From positions 9,437,183 to 9,484,380 of the forward strand of contig NC_057746.1 of NCBI RefSeq assembly GCF_004010195.1: DNA of 47,198 bases. Direction: 5' to 3'. A program made the position numbers and the translations under genes. The DNA is from Chiloscyllium plagiosum. Taxonomy: Eukaryota. Of the stretch, positions 1 through 10,974 are shown in pieces (position 1 is the first letter of the stretch; every line of letters starts with the position of its first letter). The notes beneath the pieces are model-generated. The model searched no databases and was not told where the DNA came from. It was given only the letters and a program-made list of their open reading frames with translations.

Positions 1-580
1 ATTGAATATGATCACGGCTGAACTTTGAGATCAATGTATCTTACCCACCTTGTTTCCGTATCCCTGTTTCCTCTAGTGCCCCATTGACATCCATCTTGAC
101 TCCACAGATCAATTGTGTAATTTTGTGAGAAAGAATTTGAAAGATTACCAACTCACTGTGGAGGAATCTATCCTCATCCCATTCTGAAAGAATTGCTGCC
201 TTAGTTTAAGTTTGTGACAGACAGCTCTGGACAACCAAACAGTCATCTCCTCAGAGCTCCTTGGACTCTACCCCGTCCAACATTCTATGCTTCACTGAGG
301 TCACCTCTATTTTTCCAAACTTGAGAGTATCAGCCTATTCTACTTACATTTGCCTTGCAGAAGAACCATGTCATCCAATGAATATTTGAACCATTATTAG
401 GTTCTAATGTATATATGTCCTTCCTTAGGTAAAGAGGCCAACACTGTACACAATAGTCCAGGTTTGATCTCATCGTAGCTCTACAAAATCACAGTTGGAT
501 ATCTTCATTCTTATACTCAACTCACTTTTAAACCCTCTCACCCTCCTAAATGGTTTTTATGCTCTGTGTGTTCATTTTCT
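1..580 (-). mobile_element. Old CR1 3' fragment
   Basis: Degenerate similarity to the minus-strand CR1 3' ends elsewhere in the window. Confidence 0.55.
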
Positions 581-657
581 GTGATTTTGTTGACTTAAAA
601 TGATTAGGTTTATTATTGTCACATGAACCTCACCAGAGTGAGAAGTTTTGCGTGCAA

Positions 658-1145
658 ACAAAAGTTGGCCTCTTACAGGCAAAAGCTGGGGGAATTATAA
701 CAGGATGAAGAGAAATAGCAGAAGAGTTGAATACATACTTTGATTCTGTCTTCACAAAAGAGAGCACAAAAGAACCTTCCAAAATGCCAGAGCACCAAGA
801 GTCGAGTGAGATAGTGGAACTGAAAAAAATTAGTATTAATAAGGAAATAGTGTGAGGGAAATCAATGGGGTTAACGGTTGGCAAATTACCAGACAGTTTA
901 TATCCCAGAATATGAAAGAAAGCAGCCCTGCAAATATTGGATGCATTGGTGGGCATCTTTCAAAATTCAATAGACTCTCAAGCAGTTCCTTGCAGGATGG
1001 CAAATCTAACCCTGCAATTAAAAAAGGGGGAGTGAGAAAAAAAATTGGAGAATTACAGAATAGTTAGCCAAACAGTAGCGGGATAAATACAAAGTCTATC
1101 ATGAAAGATGTGATCACTTGAAAGCAATAACGAGAATGGCCAAAT
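658..1145 (+). mobile_element. CR1 ORF2 fragment (part of inversion)
   Basis: AEELNTYFDSVFTKE..LKKGG..; its first 281 bp is an inverted copy of 1848-2128. Confidence 0.8.
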
Positions 1146-1429
1146 GAGGTGGAGTCTGGGGGCAGTGGGACACAACTAGAGAGTCTGGACAGGGATGGAG
1201 CCTAGAAAGAATATAATGCTGATCACAAAATGTTGTTAATTGCTGGGAAAATACATCTTACTCACTACTGTCCTTTAGGGAAGCAAACTACCATCTTTAC
1301 CTGGTCTGGCTTGAATGTGACTCCAAACCCAAAGCAGTGTGGTTGACTCTTAACTGCCCTGTGGGCAAATAGTTACAGGTAATAAATGCCACAAATGACA
1401 ACCACATCCAGTGAATGAAGGCTTTTTTT

Positions 1430-1835
1430 TTATAGTTGCGCAATAGAAAGCATCCTATCCAGATCCATCACGGCTTGGTGTGGCATCTGCTCTGACCAAG
1501 CGATTAGTGAATGCAGCCCAGGACATCATGCAAGCCTTCTATCAATTGGCTCCATCTATATGTCTCACTGCCTCAAGAAAACAGCCCAACACAATAAAAG
1601 ATTCCTTCCACCCTGGTTACCTCTTTCAACTAGTTCTGTCACACAGAAGATACAAAAGCTTAAATACATCAGATACCAACAGATTCACAAACAGCTTCTT
1701 CTCTGCTGTTATTAGACTTCTGAATAGATCTCTCAAATTTTAAATTTATTGTTGATCTCACTCTTTACGCACGTTCTCTGCAGCCTTAACATTGTATTCT
1801 TCACCCTGTTCTATTACCCTTATGCACGTTGTATG
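1430..1835 (+). mobile_element. Rex1/Babar-type LINE 3' fragment; its tail is displaced to 598-660 on the minus strand
   Basis: IESILSRSITAWCGIC resembles the Rex1 RT C-terminal motif. accaacagattcacaaacagcttcttc is a 3' motif of such elements. Confidence 0.65.
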
Positions 1836-1847
1836 GTGCATAAGGGT

Positions 1848-2300
1848 AATATTTCCAGGGCTGCTTTCTTTCATATTCTGGGATATAAACTGTCTGGTGA
1901 TTTGCCAACCATTAACCCCATTGATTTCCCTCACACGATTTCCTTATTAATACTAATTTTTTTCAGTTCCACTATCTCACTCGACTCTTGGTGCCCTGGC
2001 ATTTTGGAAGGTTCTTTTGTGCTCTCTTTTGTGAAGACAGAATCAAAGTATGTATTCAACTCTTCTGCTATTTCTCTTCATCCCTTCATAATTCCCGCAG
2101 CGTTTGCCTGTAAGAGGCCAACATTTGTATTCACTGATATTTTTTCCCCATGTTTATAAAAGCTTTTATCATCACTTATTATCTTCCCTGCAATTTTACT
2201 CCCATCCTGTATTTCCTTCGCTTGACCAAACATGTTTGTCTCCTTTTTCTGATTTAAAAAATGCTCCCAATCCTCAGGCTTGCAGCTTTTTCCAGTGAGG
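1848..2300 (-). mobile_element. CR1 ORF2 fragment
   Basis: Reverse complement of 658-938 plus upstream CR1 sequence (KSFYK motif). Confidence 0.8.
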
Positions 2301-2439
2301 GCTTCTACTTAATGAATGTGATGTGACCGCCCTCTAATGACTGCCTCACCCCTATGCCAGCTCATCCACTTTAATCCATTTATAAATTCATTTGTTTTCA
2401 ACAAAGTACGTCCTGCCCTTTGTGAAATGGTAAGACCAT

Positions 2440-3495
2440 GGAAAGCACGCAAAGAATGTTAACTGACAATAGAATTGAGTGACTTTAATTTTCTGGAGAG
2501 ACTGGAGGAACTAGAACTTTTTTCTTTAGTACTGGTAAATGGGAAAATTTTAAGGAAGTTCAGAATGATAAGCATTGAAACGGTAAGTTAAGATAAACTG
2601 TTTCCATTGGGAAGTGGATGGTTTCAATTATCAAATTATTGTGCTCATTTGAATGTGATTCAAAATACACAATTGAAAGTGAAGACACTCCAGAACAAGG
2701 AGTTTCCGTCCAAGGTTACACCATAGACCACTTAGGACTGCGATGAAGAGAAACTTCTTCAGCCAAAGAGTGGCCAGCCTGTGGAATTTGCAAAAATGAG
2801 ATAGAACATAGAACATAGAAAAATACAGCGCAGTACAGGCCCTTTGGCCCTCGATGTTGCGCCGATCCAAGCCCACCTAACCTGTACTAGCCCACTATCC
2901 TCCATATGCCTATCCAATGCCCGTTTAAATGCCCATAAAGAGGGAGAGTCCACCACTGCTACTGGCAGGGCATTCCATGAACTCTCTGCACCCGTTCCAG
3001 TGCCTCCACATCCTTCCTATAGTATGGCGACCAAAACTGCACACAAATTTTTTTTGTGCGGCCGCATCTGGAGTATTGTGTGCAAAAGATGAGGCCAAAA
3101 CTTTGCACGCTTTCAAGAAGGAGTCAGGTATGAAGTGATCAAAGGGCATGGGGAGAAAGCAGGAACAGGTACTGAGTTGGATGATCAGCCAGGATGGAGA
3201 AAGTGAGGACTGCAGATGCTGGAGCTCAGAGTCGAGAGTGTGGCGCTGGAAAAGCACAGGTGGTCAGGCAGCACCCGAGGAGCAGCAGAATCAACGTTTC
3301 AGGCATAAGCCCTAGATCAGGAAAGATGGATGAAGGGCTTATGCCCAAAACATTGATTCTCCTGCTCCTTGGATGCTGCCTGACCCACTGTGCTTTTTCA
3401 GCACCACACTCTTGACTCTGAACAACCATGATCATATATAACAACAGAACAGGCTCAGATGGTTGAATTGCCCACACCTGCTCCCATTTTCCATT
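2440..3495 (+). mobile_element. Composite of CR1 3' fragments (nested minus-strand copy 2800-3045; Penelope insert 3196-3418)
   Basis: RNFFSQRVASLWN motif, and a catagaacatagaa tail on the nested copy. Confidence 0.7.
3196..3418. mobile_element. Fold-back Penelope-like terminal-repeat element
   Basis: About 95-bp inverted arms centred near 3325, a 33-nt unpaired tail, and a degenerate 14-bp TSD (3182-3195 / 3419-3432). Confidence 0.75.
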
Positions 3496-3589
3496 TTGCT
3501 GATGTGATCTCCCACCCTTGTTGACAGTTTTAGGTCAAATTACTGAAAGTGAGCAAGTGTTTCGAGTGCTTTAAACAGCAGCATGCAGT

Positions 3590-4030
3590 AAGAATCACAG
3601 AACCATACAGCACAGAAACAGACCCTTCAGTCCAGCTAGTCCATGCCAAACATAATCCCGAGCCAATCTAGTTCTACCTTCCTGCTCCTGCCCCATTTCC
3701 CTCCAAACCTATCCTATTCATTTATTTATCCAAATGTTTTTTTACACATTGTAATTGTACCCTCATCCATCACTTCCGAAGGGAGATCATTCCACATGCA
3801 ATCCATCCTCTGTATAAAAATATTTTAGTGTCTTTTTCAAATCTCTCACCTTAAAAAAATGCGCCACCCTCGTCTTGAAGTTCCTCCATCCTCAGGCACT
3901 CCTCCCATTAACCCGATCCATGCACCTCATTATTTTATAAACCTCGATAAACTAACCTCTCAACCTTCTATGCTCCAGTGGAAAAGTGTTCCAGCCAATC
4001 CAGCCTTTCTTTATAATTCAAACTTTCTCT
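3590..4030 (-). mobile_element. CR1 3' fragment
   Basis: cacagaaacagacccttcagtcca terminus shared with other CR1 ends. Confidence 0.75.
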
Positions 4031-4629
4031 TAGAATAAATAATCTTAAATTCCATTTTTTGGTACCATTTTAGAAGCAGGTACACATTTTCCCATCATGG
4101 GTGTAACACTAACACGTGATGGAAATACCACACTTCGTGAGTGACAGAGGTGGTAACCACAGCTCACTTGGTCACCCAATCGCTTCTTAATGAAAAGGTC
4201 AGGTGACACTCCTCCACTGTCAAAAGTCCAGGCTAATCTGGGGGCAGGGACAGACCACTATAAACAAACATCAAAGAAGCGCTTCGCAGGAGGCTCCCAA
4301 GCACTGATGATGTCGCCTAGCCAGGGGACGAAACGTTTGCAACAAAAACTTCCAGCTCGGCGAACAGAACCACAACAACGAGCACCCGAGCTACAAATCT
4401 TCGCACAAGCTTTCTCTTGGAATAAATAATCTTAAATTCCATTTTTTGGTACCATTTTAGAAGCAGGTACACATTTTCCCATCATGGGTGTAACACTAAC
4501 ACGTGATGGAAAGACCACACTTCGTGAGTGACAGAGGTGGTAACCACAGCTCACTTGGTCACCCAATCGCTTCTTAAGGAAAAGGTCAGGTGACACTCCT
4601 CCACTGTCAAAAGTCCAGGCTGATCTGGG
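4023..4629 (+). repeat. About 220-bp direct duplication (4023-4242 / 4410-4629) flanking a Penelope-like terminal fragment
   Basis: The two copies differ at only about 4 positions by eye. Confidence 0.92.
4301..4340 (+). ncRNA. Minimal type I hammerhead ribozyme motif in Penelope-like fragment (4243-4409)
   Basis: GCA-CTGATGA-T-GTCGCCT agcc AGGGGAC-GAAAC-GTT-TGC: both core boxes, stem II and a 3-bp stem I. Confidence 0.65.
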
Positions 4630-5020
4630 ATTACTGAGTGAGCATAGCACTGTCAGAGGTGCTTCCTTTCAGATCAGATGTCAAGCTGAAGTCCTATCCA
4701 TATTATCAGGCGGATAGAAAGGATCTTGTGCTGTAATTTTGAAAGAAGGCAGGGAAGTTATCTTTGGTGTTCTGGCTGATATTATCTCTCAAGCAGCATC
4801 ACAAAAAAAAATCGATGATTAGCTGGTCATCTCTCAAGCAGAATCTCTCTCACACACATAAAAATCACAGATTATCTGGTCATTATCACTTGCTAAATGT
4901 GCAAATTTAACATGCTTCCCCTGTAATATTATTCTGATTGCACTTCAAAAAGAAAATCGCGGCTGAAAGGGACTCGTATATATTCAGTAATCGTGAAAGT
5001 CTCTAAATACATACAAAATT
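4590..5020 (+). mobile_element. Deu-domain SINE (SacSINE1-like), decayed
   Basis: gcactgtcagaggtgc..tttcagat, cagattatctggtcattatcac, cacttcaaaa and gtgaaag blocks in Deu-SINE order. Confidence 0.7.
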
Positions 5021-5144
5021 TCTGGCGTTTAGCTGTCAGTAGGTCAGGAACGGTTTATTCAGATCACAATTTTCAATTGCGTATGTTTCGGTGATGAAAA
5101 ATATCGGCTTTTGGCTCATTGCACTTTGAACTGTAATTGATGAA

Positions 5145-5160
5145 GAAACGAAAATGAAAA
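5145..5160 (+). promoter_or_regulatory. ISRE/IRF-E-like element upstream of TRIM ATG
   Basis: GAAACGAAAATGAAAA has three GAAA cores, including GAAANNGAAA, 35-50 bp upstream of the start codon. Confidence 0.6.
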
Positions 5161-5194
5161 TGCAAGGTACATCATAAAACAAGTGTGCAGGAAG

Positions 5195-5611
5195 ATGGCC
5201 GCTGACAAGCAGGTTTTAATCTCGACTGAGGACTTAACCTGCTCTATCTGCCTGTCCCTGTTTGTGGAGCCGGTGCAGTTGGAGTGCGAGCACAATTTCT
5301 GCAAATCCTGCATCCAGGCGTATTGGGAAAACCAGGGGAAGGTGGTGTCCTGCCCGGAATGTCGCGCAGTTTCCCAGCAGAAGAGTTATAAGAAGGCCAG
5401 AGTGTTGGCCAATCTCTGTGAGAAAGCCCGGCAGCTGGAGCTGAACCCGGGGCTGCAGCAGGAAGGGGGTTCCCGCTGTCTGGAACACGATGAGAAGCTG
5501 AAGCTGTTCTGTCAGGACGACCAGGCTCTGATCTGTGTCATTTGTCGAGATTCACCCGCACACTCAGGCCACAGCTTCCTGCCTGTCACTGATGCAGTGA
5601 GAAAGTACAAG
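5195..5611 (+). CDS. TRIM (RING-B-box-CC-B30.2; TRIM39/RFP/nuclear factor 7-like) coding exon 1: RING + B-box2
   Basis: ATG at 5195 (aagATGg). C3HC4 RING CSIC..CEHNFC..C..CPEC and B-box CLEH..FCQDD..ICVIC..H..H are both intact. Ends AAG|gtaaga, 417 bp, phase 0. Confidence 0.95.
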
Positions 5612-5934
5612 GTAAGAGGCGAGAGAGAGAGAGAGCGCGCCTTCAGCTTGTGACTGGGATTGCAGGAGTGAAGGGCTGCAGTCACTTGTTGCCTGAAGAC
5701 TCAGGATCCCCGGATCTCTGTTTGCAATCAGACCGCTGGATTTTTCTCTCTCTCTCTCTCTCCAACCCGGCATTGGGGGTTCCTTGCTGTTTAGCTGAGA
5801 GCCCGTTCAAAGCAGTGCCCAGAATCTGATTGCTCAGTGTGAGGGACACGGTCAGATCCTGTGTGGTTTGTGGGTGTCTGACTCTGGGCTGGGTCATTTT
5901 GATTAATGTCCTTTGTTTACCTTTGATCACCATT

Positions 5935-7470
5935 TTTTCTACGGTGCAGCAAGAGGCCCTTCGGTCGCTTTCTTCTGGCTGACATTTAAGCGACTGCTGG
6001 ACATGCACATGGATAGCAGTGAGTTGAGGGGTGCACAGGTTAAGTTACTATATTTTACATTAGGATTAAGTCTCGGCACAACCTTGTGTTCCCAAGGCCC
6101 TGTCTGTGCTGTACTTTTCTATGTTCAATGTTCTATGCCCTCTAGTTTTGGATGCCCCTACACTAGGAAAATGACCTTGGCCGTTCACCTTATCTTTTCC
6201 CGTCATGACATTACAAACCTCAATAAGGTCACTCCTCAGCCTCCTATAGCCAGGGGGAAAAAAAATACCAGCCTATCCAAGCCTCTCCTTATAGCCCAAA
6301 TCATCCAGTCTCAGTAACATCATTATAAATCTTTTTTGCGCCCTTTCCAGTTTAATAACATCCTTCCTACATTCAGGGTGACCAGAAGTGTATGCATTAC
6401 TCCAAATGTGATCTTACGAATGTCTTGTTAATGTTACATGATGCCCTGTACTCAATGCTCTGACCAACAAATTGTAGCTTACAGACCATGTGCGAACTAA
6501 TCACTGGATATGCCCCGTCCCACTGACAGGATGAGTGCAGCAGACATGGCACTGGTGTACAATCAGAGGGGAGATGCCCTGGGAATCCTCAGAGTATAGC
6601 ACCAGAACCTGTGAAGTATCATGGCAGACTACCCTGTCTCAGCTGAGGAATACTACCTGGAGGAAGCACTCAGGTTGACAAGGGTGCAGAACACACTGGT
6701 ATTAGCAAGGTGGACCGAATTCTGCACTGGACTGATGAGAGTCAAAGGCCTACACAGCATGGAAGCAGGCCCTTCAATCCAACTCATCCACACCAGACAT
6801 CCTAAATTAATCTAGTCCAATTTGCCAGCATTTGGTCCATATCCCTCTAAACCCTTTCTATTCATTTACACATGCAGATGCCTTTTAAATGTTGTAATTG
6901 TACCAGACACCACCAGTTCCTCTGGCAGCTCATTCCACCACCCACTCAGTGAAAAATTGTCCCTTAAATATTTCCCCTCTCACCATAAACCTATGCCCTC
7001 ACATTTTGGACTCCTGCACCCCAGGGAAAAGACCTTGGCTATTCGTCCTATCCATACCCCTCATGATTTTATAAACTTCAATAAGGTCACCTCTCTGAGT
7101 GTACAACACCCCAGGGAAAATAGCCCCAGCCTATTTAGCCTCTCCCTACAGCTCAAACCTTCCCCCCTGGCAATATCCTTGTCAACCCTTTCAAGTTTCA
7201 CAACATCCTTCATGTAGCAGGGAGAGCAGAATTGAATGCAGTATTCTAAACGTGGCCTAGCCAATGTGCTGTACAGCCGCAACATGACCTCGTAACTCCT
7301 ATACTCAATGCACTGACTGATAAAGGCAAGCATACCAAACTTGTCACTATCTTGTCTATGTGTGACTCCACTTTAAAGGAGCTATGAACCTGCATTCCAA
7401 GGTCTCTTTCTTCCCCAAGATATTGCCATTAAGTGTGTAAGTCGTGGTCTGATTTTTCTTTCCAAAATGC
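5935..7470 (-). mobile_element. Cluster of CR1 3' fragments in TRIM intron 1 (+ strand tail at 5985-6135)
   Basis: ORF 7061-7333 LARPRLEYCIQF; CR1 tails. Confidence 0.75.
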
Positions 7471-7693
7471 AGACTACCAGCAGATCATTTTGTTTCTCTG
7501 TCTGAATGGTTAGAGTGGTTTTGAGGTCTTGATCAGTTCAAATTGAATGGTGAAAAGTCTGCCTGCACAGCAGTTTTGAAGTATGCATTTCAGTTAAATA
7601 GTTACAAGTTTCTTTTTTAACAATTAATTTAATTGATTTGAAACCTCCACACTACAATTATTTCAAAGCATTTTCAAACACCCCTTCATTGAG

Positions 7694-7990
7694 AGATTAT
7701 TAGATTACTTACAGTGGGGAAACAGCCCTTTCGGCCCAACAAGTCCACACCGACTCTCTGAAGAGCAACCCACCCAGACCCATTCCCCTCCATTTACCCC
7801 TTCACCTAACACTATGGACAATTTAGCATGGCCAATTCACCTAACCTGCACATTTTTGGACTGTGGGAGGAAACCCACGCAGACACGGGGAAAATGTGCA
7901 AACTCCACACAGACAATTGCCTGAGGTGGGAATTGAACCTAGGTCTCTGGTGCTGTGAGGCAGCAGTGCTAACCACTGTGCCACCGTGCC
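7694..7990 (-). mobile_element. tRNA-derived HE1/V-SINE
   Basis: Reverse complement of ggcacggtggcacagtggttagcactgctgcctcacag with a B box ggttcaattcc. Confidence 0.9.
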
Positions 7991-8338
7991 ATTTTGTCCT
8001 TGTTTATTAGCAGTGGAGCAAATTTAGTTCACTACTTTTGTAATGTTGATGACCTACATGTGTGTTCTGCTGAAGGTCCTCAGTTGCTGTGAATATTGCT
8101 TGAAACTCTTGGGTTTCTGCTCTTTACCATGTCTCAAAAATCCTACCTCATACATTGCACATTGCCCCCACCATTTCCAATGTGTTTCTGTCCTTCCTTT
8201 AATCAGGTCGTCAAACTGGGACAATATATAACAATTGCTGCACAAATGCTGCACAAATTCAATGCCATCTGATTTGTTTTGTACTTGACCTCTATCAATA
8301 CAAAACCAAACATGGAGGCTGAATTTTCCAATTTTTTT

Positions 8339-8640
8339 GGGACAGCATGTTGGCTCAGTGGTTAGCACTGCTGCCTCTCAGTACAAGGGACCTGGGTTCG
8401 ATTCCTTCCTCAGGCAACAGTCTGTGTGCAGTTTGCACGTTCTCCCCGTGTTTGCATACGTTTCCTCTTCAATCGAAAGATGGGCTGATTTAGAGTGGGT
8501 TGACTATGCTAAATTGCCCGCAGTGTCAAGGAAGTGTAGGATGGATTAGCCATGGGAAATGCACGGTTATGGGGTGGGTGAATCTGGGTGGAGTGCTCTT
8601 CATTGGATTGGTGTGGACTTGATGGGCTGTTGTCTACATT
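8339..8640 (+). mobile_element. HE1/V-SINE, decayed
   Basis: tggctcagtggttagcactgctgcctc..gggttcgattcc. Confidence 0.8.
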
Positions 8641-9545
8641 TGGCCCATCATGTAGCTGTTGGAATGGCTTTAAATGTTGTAACTGTAGCTGCATCTGGCA
8701 GTTTGTTCCACATATGAACCACTCTGTGTGTGAAAAAGTTGCTCTTCAGGTGCCTTTTAAATCTTTCTCCTTTCACCTTTAAATTATGCCCACTAATTTT
8801 GAATTCCCCAACCATGGAGAAAAGCCATTTACTATTCACCTTAAGGCTGTCCCTCATGAGTTTATAAACTTCAGTGAGGTCACCCATCAAATTCCTACAC
8901 TGCAATGAAAAACGTCCCAGCTTATCAAGCCTCTCTTCATAACTCTCACTCTCCATCCTGTAAATCTTGTCTGCACCTTCTGCAATTTAATAATATTATT
9001 CATATAACAGAGCAACCAGAACGTAAGCAATACTCCAAAACTGACATCAGCAATGTCAGGTAAAACCACAACATGATATCCTAACTCCTTTACTCTGTGG
9101 TCTGAGCAATGAAGGCAAGCATGCTAAATTCTGGATTCGTGGTGCTGGAAGAGCACAGCAGTTCAGGTAGGATGCTGCCTGAACTGCTGTGCTCTTCCAG
9201 CACCACTAATCCAGAATCTGGTTTCCAGCATCTGCAGTCATTGTTTCTACCAAGCATGCCAAATGCCTTCTTTACCCCTCTGTCTACCTGTGATGCAACT
9301 TTCAATGAACTTCGTATCTGAAGCTCTGGGTAGCTGTTCTACAACATTCACTAGGACCTTCCTATTAATTCTGTAAGTCCTGCCCTTATTCATATTATTA
9401 AAATGCAAACCTCGTATTTATCTAAATTAGACTCCATCTGCCACTCCTTGGCCCAAAGGTCCAAAATCCTTTTTAATCTTAGATAACCTTCCTCACTGCC
9501 TACTCTACCACCAATTTTGGTTGTTATCAGCAAACCTATGAAACA
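8640..9545 (-). mobile_element. CR1 3' fragment
   Basis: ORF 8648-8956 YEERLDKLG..FFTHRVVHMWNKLP. Confidence 0.85.
9130..9250. mobile_element. Short fold-back Penelope-like element
   Basis: About 38-bp inverted arms, a 35-nt tail, and TSD caagcatgc(t/c)aaat (9116-9129 / 9251-9264). Confidence 0.8.
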
Positions 9546-10394
9546 TATTTCCTCATGGTAATCTCAGCTGGTGTTGGAGTCACTCTGCCCTGCAAAGTGC
9601 ACCTTGACTGACCGTGACAATACACCATGAATGATCGTAGTGTCCTTTCAGACCATTAAGTGCTAGTCCCCTTTGACGTCTGCACATGGCCATTTGGATG
9701 AAGCATTTGTTTACCATGTAAGTATTCTGGAGGAATGAAGTTGAAGTTGCAAGGTGCCATGTTGTTCAGTGCTCCGAACTGGGATAAACTTCCACCTCTC
9801 CCTGTTTGCAAAAAAAATACAGAATCTGTCAGCCTCCATAAAGTGAGTGCGTACTAAGAAATGAAGCTCAGAGCCAAATCATATATGGATGCATGAAATG
9901 TAAGACTGTATAAACTAGAAATGTGTGTTTGTCCCTGCGTTTACAACAACCTGACGGAAGGGTGGTAAGTCACAGATGTCCCTGAGCTCCCAAAGGGAAG
10001 CCCTGAAGTGCTGAAGTGATGTCTCGGTTGATCTGAAAGCAGGCATGATGATGTGGCAAGCCTGGTCATTTACTGGTGCCGAATTGCTTGGATTAGGTGT
10101 GGAGGAGGATAAGGGCGCAGAGAAGCAAGTGGTGAGCTGTTGTCGTCGGGTAATTGCTCTGACTCTCGCTTCTGTAGTTCATCACAGAAAGAGAGGAGAA
10201 TTGAAAGCTGCATAGAACTGAAATAAAGTGGGCTATTGATGAGATGCAAATGCACAGAAAAGCAGTAATCACCACTCATGAGTGACGTTTTGAACTTGCC
10301 ACTTTAAATCTTAAAGGGGGATTTCAGAATTCTTATTTTTATGATATCGATAATCTGATTTCTTTTTCATTTTTGACATATTTTCCCACGTTCC

Positions 10395-10513
10395 TCCCCA
10401 TTTCCCACACAGACATGGGGAGAATGTGCAAACTCCACACAGACAGTGGCCCAAGGTGGGCGTCAAACCTGGGTCCCTGGTGCAATGAGGCTGCAGTGCT
10501 AACAACTGAGCCA
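10395..10513 (-). mobile_element. HE1/V-SINE 5' part
   Basis: gtgcaaactccacacagacag..gcagtgctaac. Confidence 0.75.
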
Positions 10514-10514
10514 C

Positions 10515-10860
10515 TCAGTTTTGAGTCAGAAGGTCTTGGATTCAAGATCCGACTCCACATATTGAAGGAATGTTCCTCAATTGGAGGTGTCATTTTTTAG
10601 ATGAAATGTTAAATCTGCTCGATTAGATAGATATGGCATTATTTTGAGGAAAAGCAAGGGATTCGTGAAGTCACAACCAATATTTATCCCTCAATTAACA
10701 TCACAAAAACAATTCCTTTTGTTGATTATTAAATTGCTGTTTGTTTGAGTTTTCTGTATGGAGATTAGTTTCAGTATTTCTTCCATTATTACAGGGACTG
10801 TGTTTCAGATTAACTTCTTTGGTAATGAAGTGCTTTGGAATGCCCTGCGGGTATGGAATG
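10515..10860 (+). mobile_element. Deu-domain SINE, decayed
   Basis: gagtcagaagg..ggaggtgtc..ccaatatttatccctcaa..attgctgtttgt. Confidence 0.7.
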
Positions 10861-10974
10861 TACATGGAACACCACAATGTGCGTATTCCCTCCCAGACCA
10901 CATCACATCATGGCTTGGAACTCTATCACCATTCCTCCAATATCTCTAAGTCAAAAGCCTGGAACTTCCAGGAA

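Noticed and set aside
9652-9717. 66-bp cassette with cag| acceptor and |gtaagt donor in TRIM intron 1 carrying an in-frame TAG (possible poison exon)
   Set aside because: Short polypyrimidine tract, and such site pairs arise by chance in a 6-kb intron; no transcript evidence.
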